Counted from the stretch's first letter, positions 33,418-49,369 are shown. The stretch: 64,000 nt of DNA from the human T2T-CHM13v2.0 reference genome, Homo sapiens (GCF_009914755.1 NC_060925.1), one strand, 5' to 3'. A program made the numbers and translations. Notes: generated from the sequence alone by a model not told the origin.

Positions 33418-35340
33418 TCATCAACTAATAATAACGGGCAACCGTTGTGGGCACCAGACTACACTAGATGCTACTCAGAAGAGGATAGTGTTGTGCCCTT
33501 TCACACATTACAATCTAATTAACAAACAACACAGAGGCAGGAACACTGCAGAAGGTCTTGCCAAATGAGGGAGACAGACATACATTTATGTTACAGAGTT
33601 CAGAACAGTCTTACTATATCCAATGTCCCACCAACCCATTTTCTTCCTTCCTTTTTTTTCTTCCTTCCTTTTTTTTCTTCCTACCCAAAGCCCAGCCATA
33701 ACTTTGCAGCTCTTGGTCAAGTTCTCTACTCCCAAACCTAACTCTGTATAATAGCATGACTCTTAATAAGCCCCAGGTATGACAGCTAATAGCATAGAAA
33801 AAAAAAATTATTAAGCCTGTAAAAAGAATTTCATACTTCTCCACTGCACTATGTAAATTCCTCCCTTACTTCTAAATATTGAGCCAAGTGTGGTCTAACA
33901 TCATATCAACTCAATTATTCTGTACCTGATCTTGGGATATATGCCCTGTCAATTTGCATCACCTCCCAGCTCTACCCTATAAGCCTCACAGGTATGCATC
34001 AATTCACTGATGACCCTTAAATTTTTTAATGCCTCAAAACAAGTTAACTCTGAGATTCTTTCACCAAAAGTATTCTAATAACTATCTTCTACCATCTACT
34101 GGTAACAAAGATTATTCATGAGATCTCTAAGTGGGAGTATGTTAAATTGAAGCATTTGATACAAAAGAATTTCTCTCTGAAGTGTCTATCTCCTCTTACC
34201 GACATCCCAAGTTAAGCCCTGGACATATAAAGTACATGTACCTTGATTTCCAAAGGAAAAGATTTGGTATAGTGACTTGACATAGTACAGAGAGATTTGC
34301 AGAACCTTACACCAAAGGGTTAAGGGTTTAACCCTTTGTTCTTGTAAAACTAGAGGGAAGCAGCCTTGCTTTTCCCCATGACTGACTCCTGGTTTAAGGA
34401 AGAGAAATGCACATGGACCAAGTTCAAGTTCCTGGTACAAGGCAAGATCCACTCAATAGAAGATGAGAGTGGCTGCAAAGCATTCCCAGTCACCAAAACC
34501 AAATGTCAATGGGGAGAAATCAACAATGGAGGACACAGCAGCAGACACTCGGTTATAAATAGACTGACTGTGGACAGGCCTGTAGATCCAAAACCAACAG
34601 ATGCTCTTAAGAGATCACTGGCCCAGAAAGGCTGACATTCTTAAACCTTTCAACTACTACTTTAGAGCCCATTTTACTTCTAAAGTTATTCTCTGTTCAA
34701 ATGTGATACAGAAAAAGATAATATAAAAAAAGAACAAATATGACAAGGAACTGAGAAAGGATATACAACTTAGCTTCATGTGGCATCAAAACAGTAAACC
34801 ACAGCTTTGACGGCCATTGAGATGTGCCCTTCAGAATAGAATCTTTAAAGTATGTGGCTGTTATTGATTTAAAAGGACTGAATGATAACCAATTATGCAC
34901 CACATTGAGATTCCTCAAAGCAGAGATAGGAATATGATAGGGTTCTAAAGGCAAAAAGATCTTTCAAAATATCCAAAGGCAATAGCTTCCTCCATACTGC
35001 AGAGGCAAAACTGACTAAAGCTGTGTACTCATTTTTATATCCCTAGCACTGACTGCAGTGCCTGATAAAAGCTCAATAAATATGATGAAGAAAATTAAAA
35101 GGAACAAAAAAATCATGCAAAACTGAACTGTTAAAATAAGAATGATCTTCCTGTTGTCCTTATCATCATTAAATAAGAGTCCTGGAGGTGGTAATATGGT
35201 CTAGATGACAACTCTGCCTGAATCAGAAACCATTAATGTCAACAGCAAAAGAATATTACAAGAATCATCCCACTGCCACGCCTAAGTCATCATCTTCCGC
35301 AGTCTACAAATCAAATCACTGGCTCAGAAGAAACAGTTCA

Positions 35341-35680
<340 letters not shown>

Positions 35681-35857
35681 AAAGGAAAGAAAGGAGGATA
35701 AAGCAGCAGTAGGAAGTTTCAACAAGCAAGACAGCTGGTTGCAGGGGATGTGCACTAGTCATATCAATGCTCTGCATTATCTTTCCTCAGGGGCTCTTCA
35801 CAAGGGCTTTACTGAGAACCTGCTCAGCTCTTCTACATGCTGACTGGCCTGAAATCT

Positions 35858-36030
35858 CTTTTGTGGTGGTGGTGGTGTTTTTTAAGACGGAATCTTGCTC
35901 TGTTGCCCAGGATGGAGTGCAGTGGTGCGATCTCAGGTCACTGAAACCTCCACCTCCCAGGTTCAAGTGATTCTCCTGCCTCAGCCTCCCCAGTAGCAAA
36001 GATTACCGGCATGCACCACCACGCCCGGCA
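35858..36030 (-). mobile_element. Alu right monomer (truncated/FRAM-like) with 13-bp TSD TGGCCTGAAATCT
   Basis: TSD at 35845-35857 and 36031-36043. Confidence 0.9.
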
Positions 36031-36515
36031 TGGCCTGAAATCTTGACTGCTAAGTTACACTTTCAGCCACTAATTTACATTCTCAGTTATACTGCCACGG
36101 GCCAGATTTTCAAATATTTCCCTGCAATGTGTTGCATTTTACCAATATCGTACAGGCCATTCCTACAAAATACCGGGTTTTCTACTCTGAATAAGCTATT
36201 GATGCCTAACCAAAATGGTGGGCTCCTTCTTTTAGAGAGTGGGGAACCCAAGGGAAGTTTCTAATTCTTGATCTGGGAAGGTGTTATATGGGTGTTTTGA
36301 TTTTGCAGAAATTCAAGACGAACATTTATGGCTCGTACACTTCTCTGAACATAGGTCATATTTCAATATAAAGTTTACTTAAAAGAAAAAAGAAACTCAA
36401 GAAATCAACAATGGCCCTCCATAAAAATGGCCAGCAGAAGTCTGACTTCTGAGTAAAAACAAAAGCACAAATAGGAAACCATTCTGTCAAAAGTCTGTTA
36501 TTAAGAGATAGTATC

Positions 36516-36981
36516 AGCTGCACGCAGTGGCTCATGCCTGTAATCCTAGCACTTTGAGGCAGAAGCGGAAGGATCTAGGTTGAGGCCTAGAGTTCAAGAC
36601 AAGCCTGGGCAACACAGAGGAGACGCCATCTCTAAAAAAAAAGTTTTTAAAAAAATTAGCTGGGCAAGGTGGCATGCGCCTGTAGTCCTTGCTACTCAGG
36701 AGGCTGAGGCAAGAAGACCACTTGAGCTCAGGGGTTCAAAGCTGCAGTGAGCTGTGGGGTGGGCACTTGATCTACTCCAAGAATAGATAAAATAAAGGAT
36801 ACGAAAAGAAAAGAAAAATAAAAGACTTGACTGATATTTTGAGCTCTCCTGTTATTCTGAAAGCTGCTCTCCTGAAGTTTGAGATTCCTATGGGGAATAC
36901 TACCAAAAATTTACAGTGAATGCTCAGAACAAAATATGCACTGGCAATGCACTCCAGTCTGGGGACAAAGTGAGACCCTGA
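36516..36981 (+). mobile_element. Alu (J-like) interrupted by a 188-bp non-Alu insert (36751-36938)
   Basis: Alu stops at gctgcagtgagctgtg and resumes at tgcactccagtctgggg. Confidence 0.9.
36751..36938 (+). repeat. Local dispersed duplication, copy A (188 bp)
   Basis: Aligns by eye to 40771-40950 with about 7 substitutions and 4 indels. Confidence 0.95.
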
Positions 36982-37148
36982 GTTTATTTCATTAATAGAC
37001 AGCAGTATCAGGTTCAAGATCCTTAAAATGGTCTCTTAAAAACATGAAGACCCTAAAGACAATAGAAGAAAGGTATAAATGGGCTAAGTTTTATGAAAAT
37101 TTTACACTTCTGAAAAATATTTAAGATAAACTATTCATAGCTGTGTGG

Positions 37149-37827
<679 letters not shown>

Positions 37828-39056
37828 CTATCTCAACTGCTAACACTTACTGGTCACAGGACTTTGGACAGGTCATTTAATCTCTGAGACTTTGTTTACT
37901 CATGAATAACAATGAAATAATGCATGCCTAAAAGTTTTATAAAGATAAGCCATTTTACACAAATGTAATATAATAGTAATAAAGAGACGCACTGGGATGG
38001 TGTTTCTTTGTAACACTATACATGACATCAAGAATAAAAATCTTAAATGTCCCAATTAAGTGGTTTAAATCTCAAATACAAGTATACGGCCAATATGGCC
38101 CTCCCAGGGGCATTGTCATTTGCACAAAGCAGTGGTTCTATGATTAGGGTTAGGCATCGCAATCTTTTTAAATTCACAGGTGGCTGGGCCCACCCTCTGC
38201 ACCAGAGATTGATCTGATTGGTCTGTAGAGGTTCCTGCAAATGTTGTGAAAAGCTTCTCCTCAAATAGCTCGGGTAAGTATCCACAATTGAGAACCAAGG
38301 TAATTAAATGCAACATAAGCATCAGAAAGGCATGGTTTGTGATTTGCTTTTTTGTTATATATTATCAAGTACATACAGTACTGGAAAAGTCTATTAGCTA
38401 AATGAATAAATGAAAAAGGCTTAACAGCATCTTTTAATTATGGGCTTTCTTTAGCTGAATGTTAACCCAAAGCTATAGTGCTCAAATACAAACTTCAGTA
38501 AAATGCTCAAATTGCAAGTGGCCAAGCCCAATCAAAATCTCAAGAGTGGAACCAAGATGGGTGCTGAGAGATCCCAGACCTACAGAGAGGCAGAGAAATT
38601 GCTAAATATCAAAGAACTGGGAGAAAAGCAGACGTAGGTAGAACTATATATTGTTGAGGTCAGAATCCATGCACTTATGGCTCAACTTCCTCAAAAGACT
38701 CACATAAAGGGGGGAATACTTCCTAATATACCTATTAATTCTGAATGAAGTCAGAAGATTTCAAATCTATTTACTACTCTTACTGCCGTGATCTTAAAAG
38801 AAAGCTTCACACAGCAGAAGTCATATTTAATGGGATTAGTCATTTTCCTCCCTTCTTTCTACAAAGTATTTTATACCTGCTTGACACACTGAGTCCAAAA
38901 ACTATAACAATGTTAACTAAAACACTGGTTTCTCCTGCACACACTTACCCATTTTCACAAAATGCCATAAAACTGAAATGTCTGATTCCTTTGAAGTACA
39001 ACAATGTCGAGCTCTACTGGTAATTTAAAATTTCAAATATAAATTAGCTGGGTGTG

Positions 39057-39364
39057 GGCCGGGCACAGTGGCTCACGCCTGTAATCCCAGCACTTTGGGA
39101 GGCTGAGGCGGGCGGATCACGAGGTCAGGAGAGCGAGACCATCCTGGCTAACACAGTGAAACCCCATCTCTACTAAAAATACAGAAAAATTAGCTGGGCA
39201 TGGTGGTGGGCGCCTGTAGTCCCAGCTACTCTGCAGGTTGAGGCAGAATGGCATGAACCCGGGAGGCGGAGCTTGCAGTGAGCCGAGATTGCGCCACTGC
39301 GCTCTAGCCTGGGCGACAGAGCAAGACTCCGTCTCAAAAAAAAATAAAAATAAAATAAATAAAT
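39057..39364 (+). mobile_element. AluY-like element nested in an older Alu right arm (39041-39536)
   Basis: AluY diagnostics (accatcctggctaacac, ggcatgaacccgggaggcggagcttgca); 16-bp TSD AAATTAGCTGGGTGTG. Confidence 0.92.
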
Positions 39365-40021
39365 AAATTAGCTGGGTGTGGTGGCACATGCACTCCTGTA
39401 GTCCCAGCTACTGGGGAGGCAGGGGCACAAGAATCACTTGAACCCAGGAAGCAGAAGTTGCAGTGAGCTGAGATCACACCACTGCATTCCAGGTGACAGA
39501 AAGAGACAGAAAGAGATTGTCTCAAAAAAAAAAAATTCAAATATTAAAAATTATAAGTTTGAAACTGCTGGCCATGTGAAATACTCCTTAATTTAACATA
39601 TTAAATCTGATCCTTTTGTGAGGATTCCTACTCACAAACAATGCCAGTATGGCACAGTTGAAAGCAATACAGCTAAAAATTGAAATTAGAACAAACAAAG
39701 TTTGAATTCAGCCCCCCATTTCCCCTCTAAGACTCAGTTTTCTCATCTATAAATTAATAGAGACAACAGTATCTACCTCAAAGTGTTGTTCCAAGGACTA
39801 AACAAAGAAATTCATGAAAGTACAGTTGTCTTTTTAAAAAAATACTTTATCCAATTTTCACATTTTTTCCCCATTGCCTTTTTCACAATGCCCTCACCAG
39901 CCCTCCCCACCAAGGCTTAAAAATTGCTAGACATACTATGTTTTTTCCCCTAGGAAACTTTTAAGGCTCTAATCATTAGACTCTTTGTCCAGCTGAGTTT
40001 TCTGAGATAACGCGTATGATA

Positions 40022-40170
40022 GCAGTGCTTATCAAACTTTAATGTGCATACAAATCATCTGGGTAGTCTTGTCAAAATGCAGATTTTGATTCATTCGCTC
40101 TCAGGTATGATCTGAGATTCTGCGTTTCTGATAAGCTCCCAGGTGATGCTAATGCTGTCGGCCCACTGAC
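40022..40170. mobile_element. MER5A-like hAT-Charlie MITE
   Basis: cagtgcttatcaaactttaatgtgcat...aagctcccaggtgatgct. Confidence 0.8.
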
Positions 40171-40770
40171 TTTGGTAGTAAGACTTCTAATGTTTACAAA
40201 GCATTTTCACATATGCTACACAGCCGTATGAATTAGACTTTGTTGAGTTTTGATTATTCTCATTTTGCAGATGAATTAAGGTCCATTTGAAACTCAAACC
40301 CCTGATTTCTATCTGCATTACATTGTACAGAAGTTTTCAAACAAAACCTATGAAAGTTAAGTAGCACTGGTTACCTAAAGTAAATGCAGTGAAACCTAGA
40401 CAAACAAGTTTCACGGCCCAAATAGATGTATACTACGAATGTGTATACATCCTCCAGATCAAAAAGCAGATACTCTCTACAGAACAAACAGAAAGACCTT
40501 CCCAATATATTTTTTCTAAAAATCTTTCTTCTGTGAGGTTAAGGTGGTCATTACCCTAATCAAAGTTTAGAGTGATCTTCTCATTTCCCTGGGCACCATA
40601 AACAGCAAGGTAGAAATCATGATCCATTTTTTGGCTGGCTAGGCTTCCACCTATTTGAAAAAGATCAGCTGGTATTCCAGAGAGCAGGGTCCTTAGATGG
40701 CAATCTCACCCATGGGCCTCAAAAATAAAATAATTACATCTGATTTTGTAACCACCCTGAACCATGGGGG

Positions 40771-40950
40771 GCTGTGGGGTGAGCACCTGTTCTACTCCAA
40801 GAATAAATAAAGGATACAAAAGAAAAGAAAAATAAAAGACTTGATTGATATTTTTGAGCTCTATTATTCTGAAAGCTGCTCTCCTAAAGTTTGAGATTCC
40901 TATGTGGAATACTACCAAAAATTTACAGTGAATGCTCAGAACAAAATATG
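40771..40950 (+). repeat. Local dispersed duplication, copy B (180 bp, probable donor)
   Basis: Aligns to 36751-36938; shared peptide YFVLSIHCKFLVVF in two ORFs of the track. Confidence 0.95.
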
Positions 40951-41625
40951 GTTGCCAGATTCTTCTTGTTAGCCAGAATGTATTCTTATCACAGAAGCCA
41001 AAACCACTAAACTGAGACCATTTGTACAATCAAAATGAATTCAAGCTAGACAAAGAGCTAAACAGCTTCAATCTAGCCATAACCAGCAAAGTTCACTGAA
41101 AATGGTAAAACACTACATAGAGATTTATTTTAGTTCTAAACACCTTTACCTGAAAAGTTAAAGTCTCAATTATCTGTTGTCAGTGTGTTAAGAATAACTT
41201 CTTAGTTACTTGCTTTGAGGTCTACAATCACTATACCATCAGAGATGATGCTTTCAGCTCTCAGGATTAAAGTGAGGCTTACTGGAATTAATGTTGATAC
41301 AGCTACCCCAAAAGTAAAAATACGTGGATGCCCTGACCCCATACACTACCAAGTACCACTCCTCCTTTAGAACAATTATCTACAAGAAGCAGAAATCCTA
41401 TCTTCCTGGTTCTCTGAATTCAACACTTTAAATGACAGACTAGACTTTAAAAGAAAAGGCTCACTTTCCTCAAGAAGATGTATGCATACTATGACAAAAA
41501 TAAAGTGATTCAGGCTTCCACAAAAAGAGCTTTGGTCAGGTGTCATCCTGACCAACAGGCAGAGCAAAGTCAGGTTAGGTATAAAATCAAGAGGATACAA
41601 CCACAAAGCTGATAATCAGTTCACT

Positions 41626-41927
41626 GGCCGGGCGCGGTGGCTCACGCTTGTAATCCCAGCACTTTGGGAGGCTGAGGTGGGAAGATCACCTGAGGTCAGG
41701 AGTTTGAGACCAGCCTGGCCAACATGGGGAAACCGGATCTCTACTAAAAATACAAAAATTACCCGGGCATGGTGGCAGGCATCTGTAATCTCAGCTACTC
41801 AGGAGGCTAAGGCAGGAGAATCGTTTGAACCCTGGAAGTGGAGGTTGCGATGAGCCAAGATCATGCCATTGCACTCCAGTCTGGGCGACAAGAGTGAAAC
41901 TCCACCTCAATAATAATAACAATAATA
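41626..41927 (+). mobile_element. Alu (S-like) with (AAT)n tail and TSD ATAATCAGTTCACTG
   Basis: Full dimer, flanking repeat. Confidence 0.95.
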
Positions 41928-42106
41928 ATCAGTTCACTGAGCCACAGGTCTCCATCCACCAGAAGACTGTATATGCCAACAAGTGGCTTGATGTCACTAG
42001 ATCAGTCCTCTTGTATCACTCTATAGATGCAATCTAAGTCAAACTATGGGATAATATTCCATTACCCACAATCTTCCTTCTAAAAGAAGCTGGAACACAG
42101 ATTTGG

Positions 42107-42168
42107 AGAATTTTCATTTATCTTTATGCATACCTCAGAATTTTCATTTATCTTTATGCATACCTCAG
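42107..42168. repeat. Perfect 30-bp tandem duplication
   Basis: AGAATTTTCATTTATCTTTATGCATACCTC x2. Confidence 0.97.
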
Positions 42169-43006
42169 CAGCTCAGTAAATTATCTTGATGGTTAAAGTC
42201 CAATCTTCTGGCCCCATCTATCTAGCCTGAAGTCTTAACCTCCTCTGTCACGATTCTTTTGTAAAAGAGGTAAATCACCAGTCTCCCAAGACAAATGATA
42301 CAGCTTTTGTCATCAAAATAACCGTCTAGTGAGATGACTGTTTAAAGAGAGAAAAATAAGTGGCAAAATGATTCAATCCCACCATGTATCTTCCTCCTAA
42401 TTCCAACTATTTTTCTGCCTCCTACAAGCTTCACAGTAATGCAGGCACATGCCTCCTGGTTAGTGCCCAAGAATTAGAAACTGATCACACACATGACAGA
42501 GAATTCACAGCTAGAGTCACAGGTTCCAGTTCACCACACTAGCAACCTACTGATGCACAACACTAATTTCTGCTGAGGAATCTGTGCTCATAAGATGAGG
42601 AAAGAGTGAGGACAGAAAAAGAGGTGAGCTGGGGATAGGGTGAAGAAAGAGAAGTAACTCACATCCAAAGGGTAGATCTTGTTCTTCCCAAGCAGCCCCT
42701 TGGGAAGGTTCAAATAACAGGAGCCATCTCCTATCTGATTCACAAGCTACTAAACCTGACCTAGGTCTCTGCAGGGTCAAAACACTGAAAAGCAATCAGG
42801 TCAGCTTTAGAATAGCTAGTACTTAAGAACTGTACTTGACACTTGAGAAAGCTGCACCAAAAATGAACTACTGTTACTCTAACAAAATTTAATGTGGAAT
42901 AGGGAAAATAGGACCAAGCCTCTGATACCCAGCAAAAGATGTATAACACTAAGAAATACTGAGCAACAAATGCTATTAAAGAAAGACAGTTATAATATTA
43001 ATTCTC

Positions 43007-43051
43007 AATTTGTGGGAAAGAAGGTGCTTCTGCTGTTCTTTCCCACAAATT
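43007..43051. repeat. Perfect 16-bp inverted repeat with 13-nt loop
   Basis: AATTTGTGGGAAAGAA ... TTCTTTCCCACAAATT. Confidence 0.95.
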
Positions 43052-43850
43052 ACATTAAAATCTTTTAAATGACTGTTTTCAGGTGATATCAGCCCAAAAT
43101 GACTGCAGGGAGAAATGTCTTTGAAAAAGTACAAAACAAGTTTAGACAGGAGAAAGGGAGGGAAGAAGATTCATGTGCCTCTCATGGCCTTCCTGTCTGT
43201 GACCTGGAATATGACAACAGTCGCAGAATTCAAAATGAGGAAGACTCAAATGGAAATACATCTTAACACTTCTCGATCTAGAAAGTTAATGATAAAGAAA
43301 GAAATTGTTTTGAGAAAGGCTATCACAGATGCTCATAGAAAAATGCTTAAGACTTAAAAAGAAAAAGGCTATAGACACAGAGACTTATTTGACTTCAGTT
43401 TAGCATCAGAGAGGTCAGTGATAATGAATCAAAAAAATTTGTAAGAAAGAATTAACAGAATCCCTAATTTCTTGACAGGCCAGGTGTGAGAAACAAAGCC
43501 GTTCAAGGAGGGCCAAAGAGGATTCTATAATTAAATCGTAGCTAACAAAACAAGAATAGCCCTATAATCTGATCTATATTAAGGTTTCTCGGGTATTGGC
43601 AAATCACTGCTCTCAAATCTGGAATTCCCTGTTAACATCCCAGCATCAGCTTTATTTTTTTAATTCCTTCACCACCCCCCTTTTGCTTTTATTTTAAAGT
43701 AAAAATGGTGTTTTCTGATAGACCAATGAACTTTGATCCAGATTTCAGTTCTTATCTCACAATACTATCAATGTGTCCCCCCACCAAAACATTATTACTT
43801 TAGTTTTTAAAAGTTGAGTTTACATCTCCTACTATGTTTGCTGAGTTCTA

Positions 43851-44219
<369 letters not shown>

Positions 44220-45112
44220 TCAAACAAATTATGAGTGATGTCTCATGGATAACCAATGGAATCAGGAAACTTGCCATGGTCAGTTGAGCCAAAACCTCCT
44301 ATTATGTCCCTCACTGTATGATATTCAACATAAGCTAAGGAAATGGAACACACTCCTCATTTATCCAGGATAGCAGAGGAATACAACAGTTTATCTAGCT
44401 TATCTGGTTTAACTAGCTGAGTGGATAAAATTTTTACCCCTTTATAAGTAAAAGGATTTCTTTTTAATATATTTTATTAGTATTACTAAAACAAAATATG
44501 ATTTTACTGCCCTTTTTAAAAACAATATAATTTGTTCTTTTCTGATAATTCACTGTCATCATGAGGTTCCATGCTTACGTTGTACTGTAATACACGACAT
44601 TGGCTTTTGGGTTTTCTGTCTCCTTCCTCCCTATCATCTGTCACTTTTTCTGCTGTCAGTGTGTCTGCCTCTATAAGTTCTCCCCATCCCTCTTCAGGGG
44701 TAGTATGCCAGAAGAATGTCCATGCCCAGTGACTTGATTTGGTCCCAATCACGTTTAAAGATAGATCATTCCATACACGGTACACAAGGGCAAGGGGAGA
44801 AAAAGAAACATGAACTTCAAATGGCAGGTGTGGATTTTCTAATTCCAAGTATGCTGACAGCAGTACAGAACAAAACGTTACAGCTGAAATTATGGTCGTT
44901 TCAAATAAGACCATTCCCCTGTGGCTAGCACTTCAAAAAATATTGAAGATATGATTTTGTGTTAATTATGTTTTAATAAATTACATCATATAAGCTCCTT
45001 AATGGCAATTATACTACAGGAGAGGACACTGCTTGACATGCTTATGTCACTGATGTAAAATTCATGACTTGCCAATTGCTGAGGAAAGGAGCTCTAAGAC
45101 AGGCATAAATCA

Positions 45113-45319
<207 letters not shown>

Positions 45320-47036
45320 TTAGACAAGGGTACTGAAGATGCTCACGTGCCCTGAAGGTCTTTAATTAAAGTGTTCCAACTACACAACTGTGGTCAGAAC
45401 ACTGCTATATATTTGGTAAAAGTCACAGAGAGGCCTAAGGCAAGGTGGGGGGCAGGGGTGGGGACACTGATCAAACCATCCAATAGAGGCTGAACTTAAA
45501 TATCTAGAATTACTCGCTTAACCCATGCCAAGATTTTTAAGGAGTGGGGAAGGGAACTAACAGTGACCCTATTAGCTAACTACTAAGTGGACTCTTACTG
45601 AAAAAGAAAGTATTTACAACTATTAAAACACTTCTCTCTATACGTGTACTAACTACCAGACAAAGTTACTCAAGCTGGAGCATGAACCAGCTATGAACCT
45701 CAGCTATGGAATGCCAGAGGCAAAATTCACTTCCTTTATACACAGAGACTCCATTAACCAAAATACTTCCCAACCACAACACTAACCTATTCCAAGATTT
45801 TGGAAGGACAGAAAAGCTATTCCTTCATTACTGGAAGGGAAATAAAATCTTCTAACCTCCATTAATTTTTTAACAATACTTGGTAATGCCATTAAAGTGA
45901 CTTCACAAATCACTCCATGCTTCAGAGAAACAGGGATCGCTGGCCATAAGCCAACATGAGAAGTTTATACTAGCTTCAACAAAAAAATGCAAAGTACCCT
46001 TCAAGCAAGACACAGTACAGTTTTGCATAAGATCAAAGCACCAGTGACCAGGCTTACAAAGTAAAATTCCACAGAACTCTATCATTCTTGGTTCTGGTCA
46101 TCAGCTTTACTGACTAAAATGCCCCCTCTTATTTCCTCTAATTATGTTTTCAACTGCTATTACACAGGAAACTAAGATGTTTGAGATAGTATTTAACCAC
46201 CATTTTTGAGCACAAAAATACCTGGAGAGTTGAATTTCTCAGAAGAACACAATAAAAAACCAGAAAGCACAAAACATTTCCTCTCCTTGACGATAAAGGT
46301 TTAACTTTCCCATTTAACCCATAACCCAATGATAATGGAAAAATAATTAAACTCTGCTCTCACTAAAATAAATCTCTGCTTCCCAAATCTAATTTCTGGG
46401 TTTCTCGGCATAATTTTCATCTACCTTTAAGTGGCTCTATAATCTATCTCATGGACTTGGGTTACTGCCTGGACCAAAGCAGTTTGCCATACATTTTGCT
46501 CTTAAGGACCTAATTTGTTGTTTACTAATTAAACAAGATTGAGAAAAAAAAAAAACATTTGTCTGGTATTTAATTGCACAGATACCTAAGTTTCCTTGAA
46601 AATGAACAGTTATAAGTAGCAGTCTTCCTGGTGTACCACTTATTACCCTAAGGGCATTTGGGGGAGGGTGAGGATCAGGGTAAAATGGGAAAGAGCCCCG
46701 ATCGAGGGTAGCATTAGGGTCGGGAAGCACTAAACTGGACAACTTTGAAGTGCCCTAGGAAATCTTACTAAACTGCCCTGAACCTCATTCTCTTTTTATT
46801 GATGAAGAAAATATCGTTCAAGTTGCTGTGATGATTAGAAATATTGTTGATGAGTGCCTAGCACAACAGGTTCTCAATAATGTATTCAAAAACATCACAC
46901 CTAGGCAAAACAGCGGTCAAACCAGGTCACAGAGGGGATACTGAAAATTAATGTAAACTATGCAAAGGACAATTCAATAATTATTTTTAAACTTATTTTT
47001 CTCCTTTTAGTCTCAAAAATGTCCTGTCCCCTGCAA

Positions 47037-47342
47037 GGCCGGGCGCGGTGGCTCACACCTATAATCCTAGCACTTTGGGAGGCCAAGGCAGGAGCATCAC
47101 AAGGTCAGGAGATCAAGACCATCCTGGCTAACACAGCGAAACCCTGTCTTTACTAAAAATACAAAAAAAAAAAAAAAATTGGCCGGGCGTGGTGGTGTGT
47201 GCCTGTAGTCCCAGCTCCTCAGGAGGCTGCGGCAGGAGACTAGCTTGAACCCAGGAGTGGGAGGGTGCGGTGAGCTAAGATCATGCCACTGAACTCCAGC
47301 CTGGGCAACAGAGCGAGACTCCATCTTCAAAAAAAAAAAAAA
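47037..47342 (+). mobile_element. Alu (Y/Sc-like)
   Basis: Full dimer with accatcctggctaacac. Confidence 0.94.
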
Positions 47343-47627
47343 TCCTGTCCGAAGATTACAAATAAAATTTCTTTCCTCATTGGTTATACCCTTTCTCCAA
47401 TTAAAATTCTGATTTTTTTTCTCCCGTATTTTGTGCAAAGCAAAAGCAACTACTCTTTTGTATTCCAGAAGAAAGAATGTCAGCCTAAGGAGGGTCTCAC
47501 TTGTTTTATGCTCCACATAACAGTGCAAAGAACGCTAAGGTGATCAAAACCATTCTTGTCCTTTAAATGTTTTAAGAGTTCATTCCTCACAGAAACTTGT
47601 AAATGTTTATTTAAAACTCAAGGAACA

Positions 47628-48059
<432 letters not shown>

Positions 48060-48232
48060 TCAGCTCAAGGCTTCAAAAATCAGTTCTGGGATCCTGTCAC
48101 CTTTCATGATAGTATACCAGGCTGTCATAATGTGCAAAGCCAGGAGAAGCAGGTGAACACATAAGCGAGGCTATTTTCAGGGTAAATTCTCTCAAAAGGA
48201 AACAACAATACAGCAAACATGAAGCAAAGTGC

Positions 48233-48277
48233 TATTAGGTTGGTGCAAAAGTGTGGTTTTTGCCACTATGGCAAAAA
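48233..48277. mobile_element. MADE1 (Hsmar1 MITE) fragment
   Basis: tattaggttggtgcaaaagt-gtggtttttgcca..tggcaaaaa matches the Hsmar1 TIR with a short deletion. Confidence 0.75.
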
Positions 48278-48858
48278 AAAAAGAAAGCAAAAGACTGAAC
48301 CAAGGTGCTTGGGCAAAGACAGAAGCAAAATTAGCAAAGCTCTTAAAAGTCTCTGAATCTTACTCAGTCTTTCTCCCTTTCCTCCAAAACATATGCGTCT
48401 ATACTCAACTGCTGTGGTTAGCAGCATCTGAAATGACTCTTAATGATCTTCACTTACAAGTACTCATACCCTGAGTAATCCCCTTCCCCTGACTGTGGGC
48501 TAGACCTATGACATGCCTCTAAGAAATAACATAAGACAAGTCATGGGATGTTCCTTTCAAGATGTTACAAAAGCTGTGATTTCCATCTTGCTTGTCCTCT
48601 TCTATCTATTGTCCTGATTGCTTACTCTGATGATGACTGCTGCTATGTTGTGAGCTGCCCTATACAGACGCCACATGAAGCCAAGAGAGAGACATCTCTG
48701 GACAACAGCTACATATACAAAGCTGTTGCTCCGCAGCTTCCCACTGAACTCTGCCTCTGCCCTGGGTCATTTACACACAATTAAGAACTGAGATCCTCCG
48801 TCCAACAACCAGCAAAGAATGGATTCTGATGGTTGATACCACATGAGTGAGTTTGGAA

Positions 48859-48912
48859 ACAGACCTTTCTCCAAGCAAGTTTGAGACAGACCTTTCTCCA
48901 AGCAAGCTTTGA
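48859..48912. repeat. 27-bp tandem duplication inside the LTR
   Basis: ACAGACCTTTCTCCAAGCAAG(C)TTTGAG x2. Confidence 0.9.
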
Positions 48913-49041
48913 GATGAATGCAGCCAAAGTTGAAATCATGACTGCAGCTTGTGAAGGACCCTGAAGCAGATGACTCAGGAAAGTCATGCCTAGGTTCCTA
49001 ACCTATAGCAACTATGAGGCTTAAACAACTGTCTTGTTTTA

Positions 49042-49317
49042 GGCAGGGCGTGGTGGCTTACACCTGTAATCCCAGTGCTTTCTAAGGGTGAGGCCAGGAG
49101 TCTAAGATCAGACTTAGCAACCAACATAGCGAGACTCTAGCTTTACAAAAGACTTTTTAAAAATCAGTCCGGAGTGGTGGCACACCCCTGCAGTCCCAGC
49201 TACTCAGGAGGCTGAGGTGGGAAGACTCCTTGAGCCCAGAGGTTTGAAGCTGCAGTGAGCTACGATTACACTACTGCACTCCTGCCTGGGCAACAGAGTG
49301 AGACCCTATCTCTTAAA

Positions 49318-49318
<1 letters not shown>
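49042..49318 (+). mobile_element. Alu (J-like) inside the LTR
   Basis: Diverged dimer. Confidence 0.9.

Positions 49319-49319
<1 letters not shown>

Positions 49320-49367
<48 letters not shown>
49320..49367. repeat. (AC)~24 microsatellite
   Basis: Directly visible. Confidence 0.97.

Positions 49368-49369
<2 letters not shown>

Noticed and set aside
44516-44914. 132-aa sense ORF in intron 4 with an AAC|gtaagc donor at 44579
   Set aside because: No recognisable homology; nearby AGs lack a pyrimidine tract and the obvious 74-nt exon would frameshift; unsupported without RNA data
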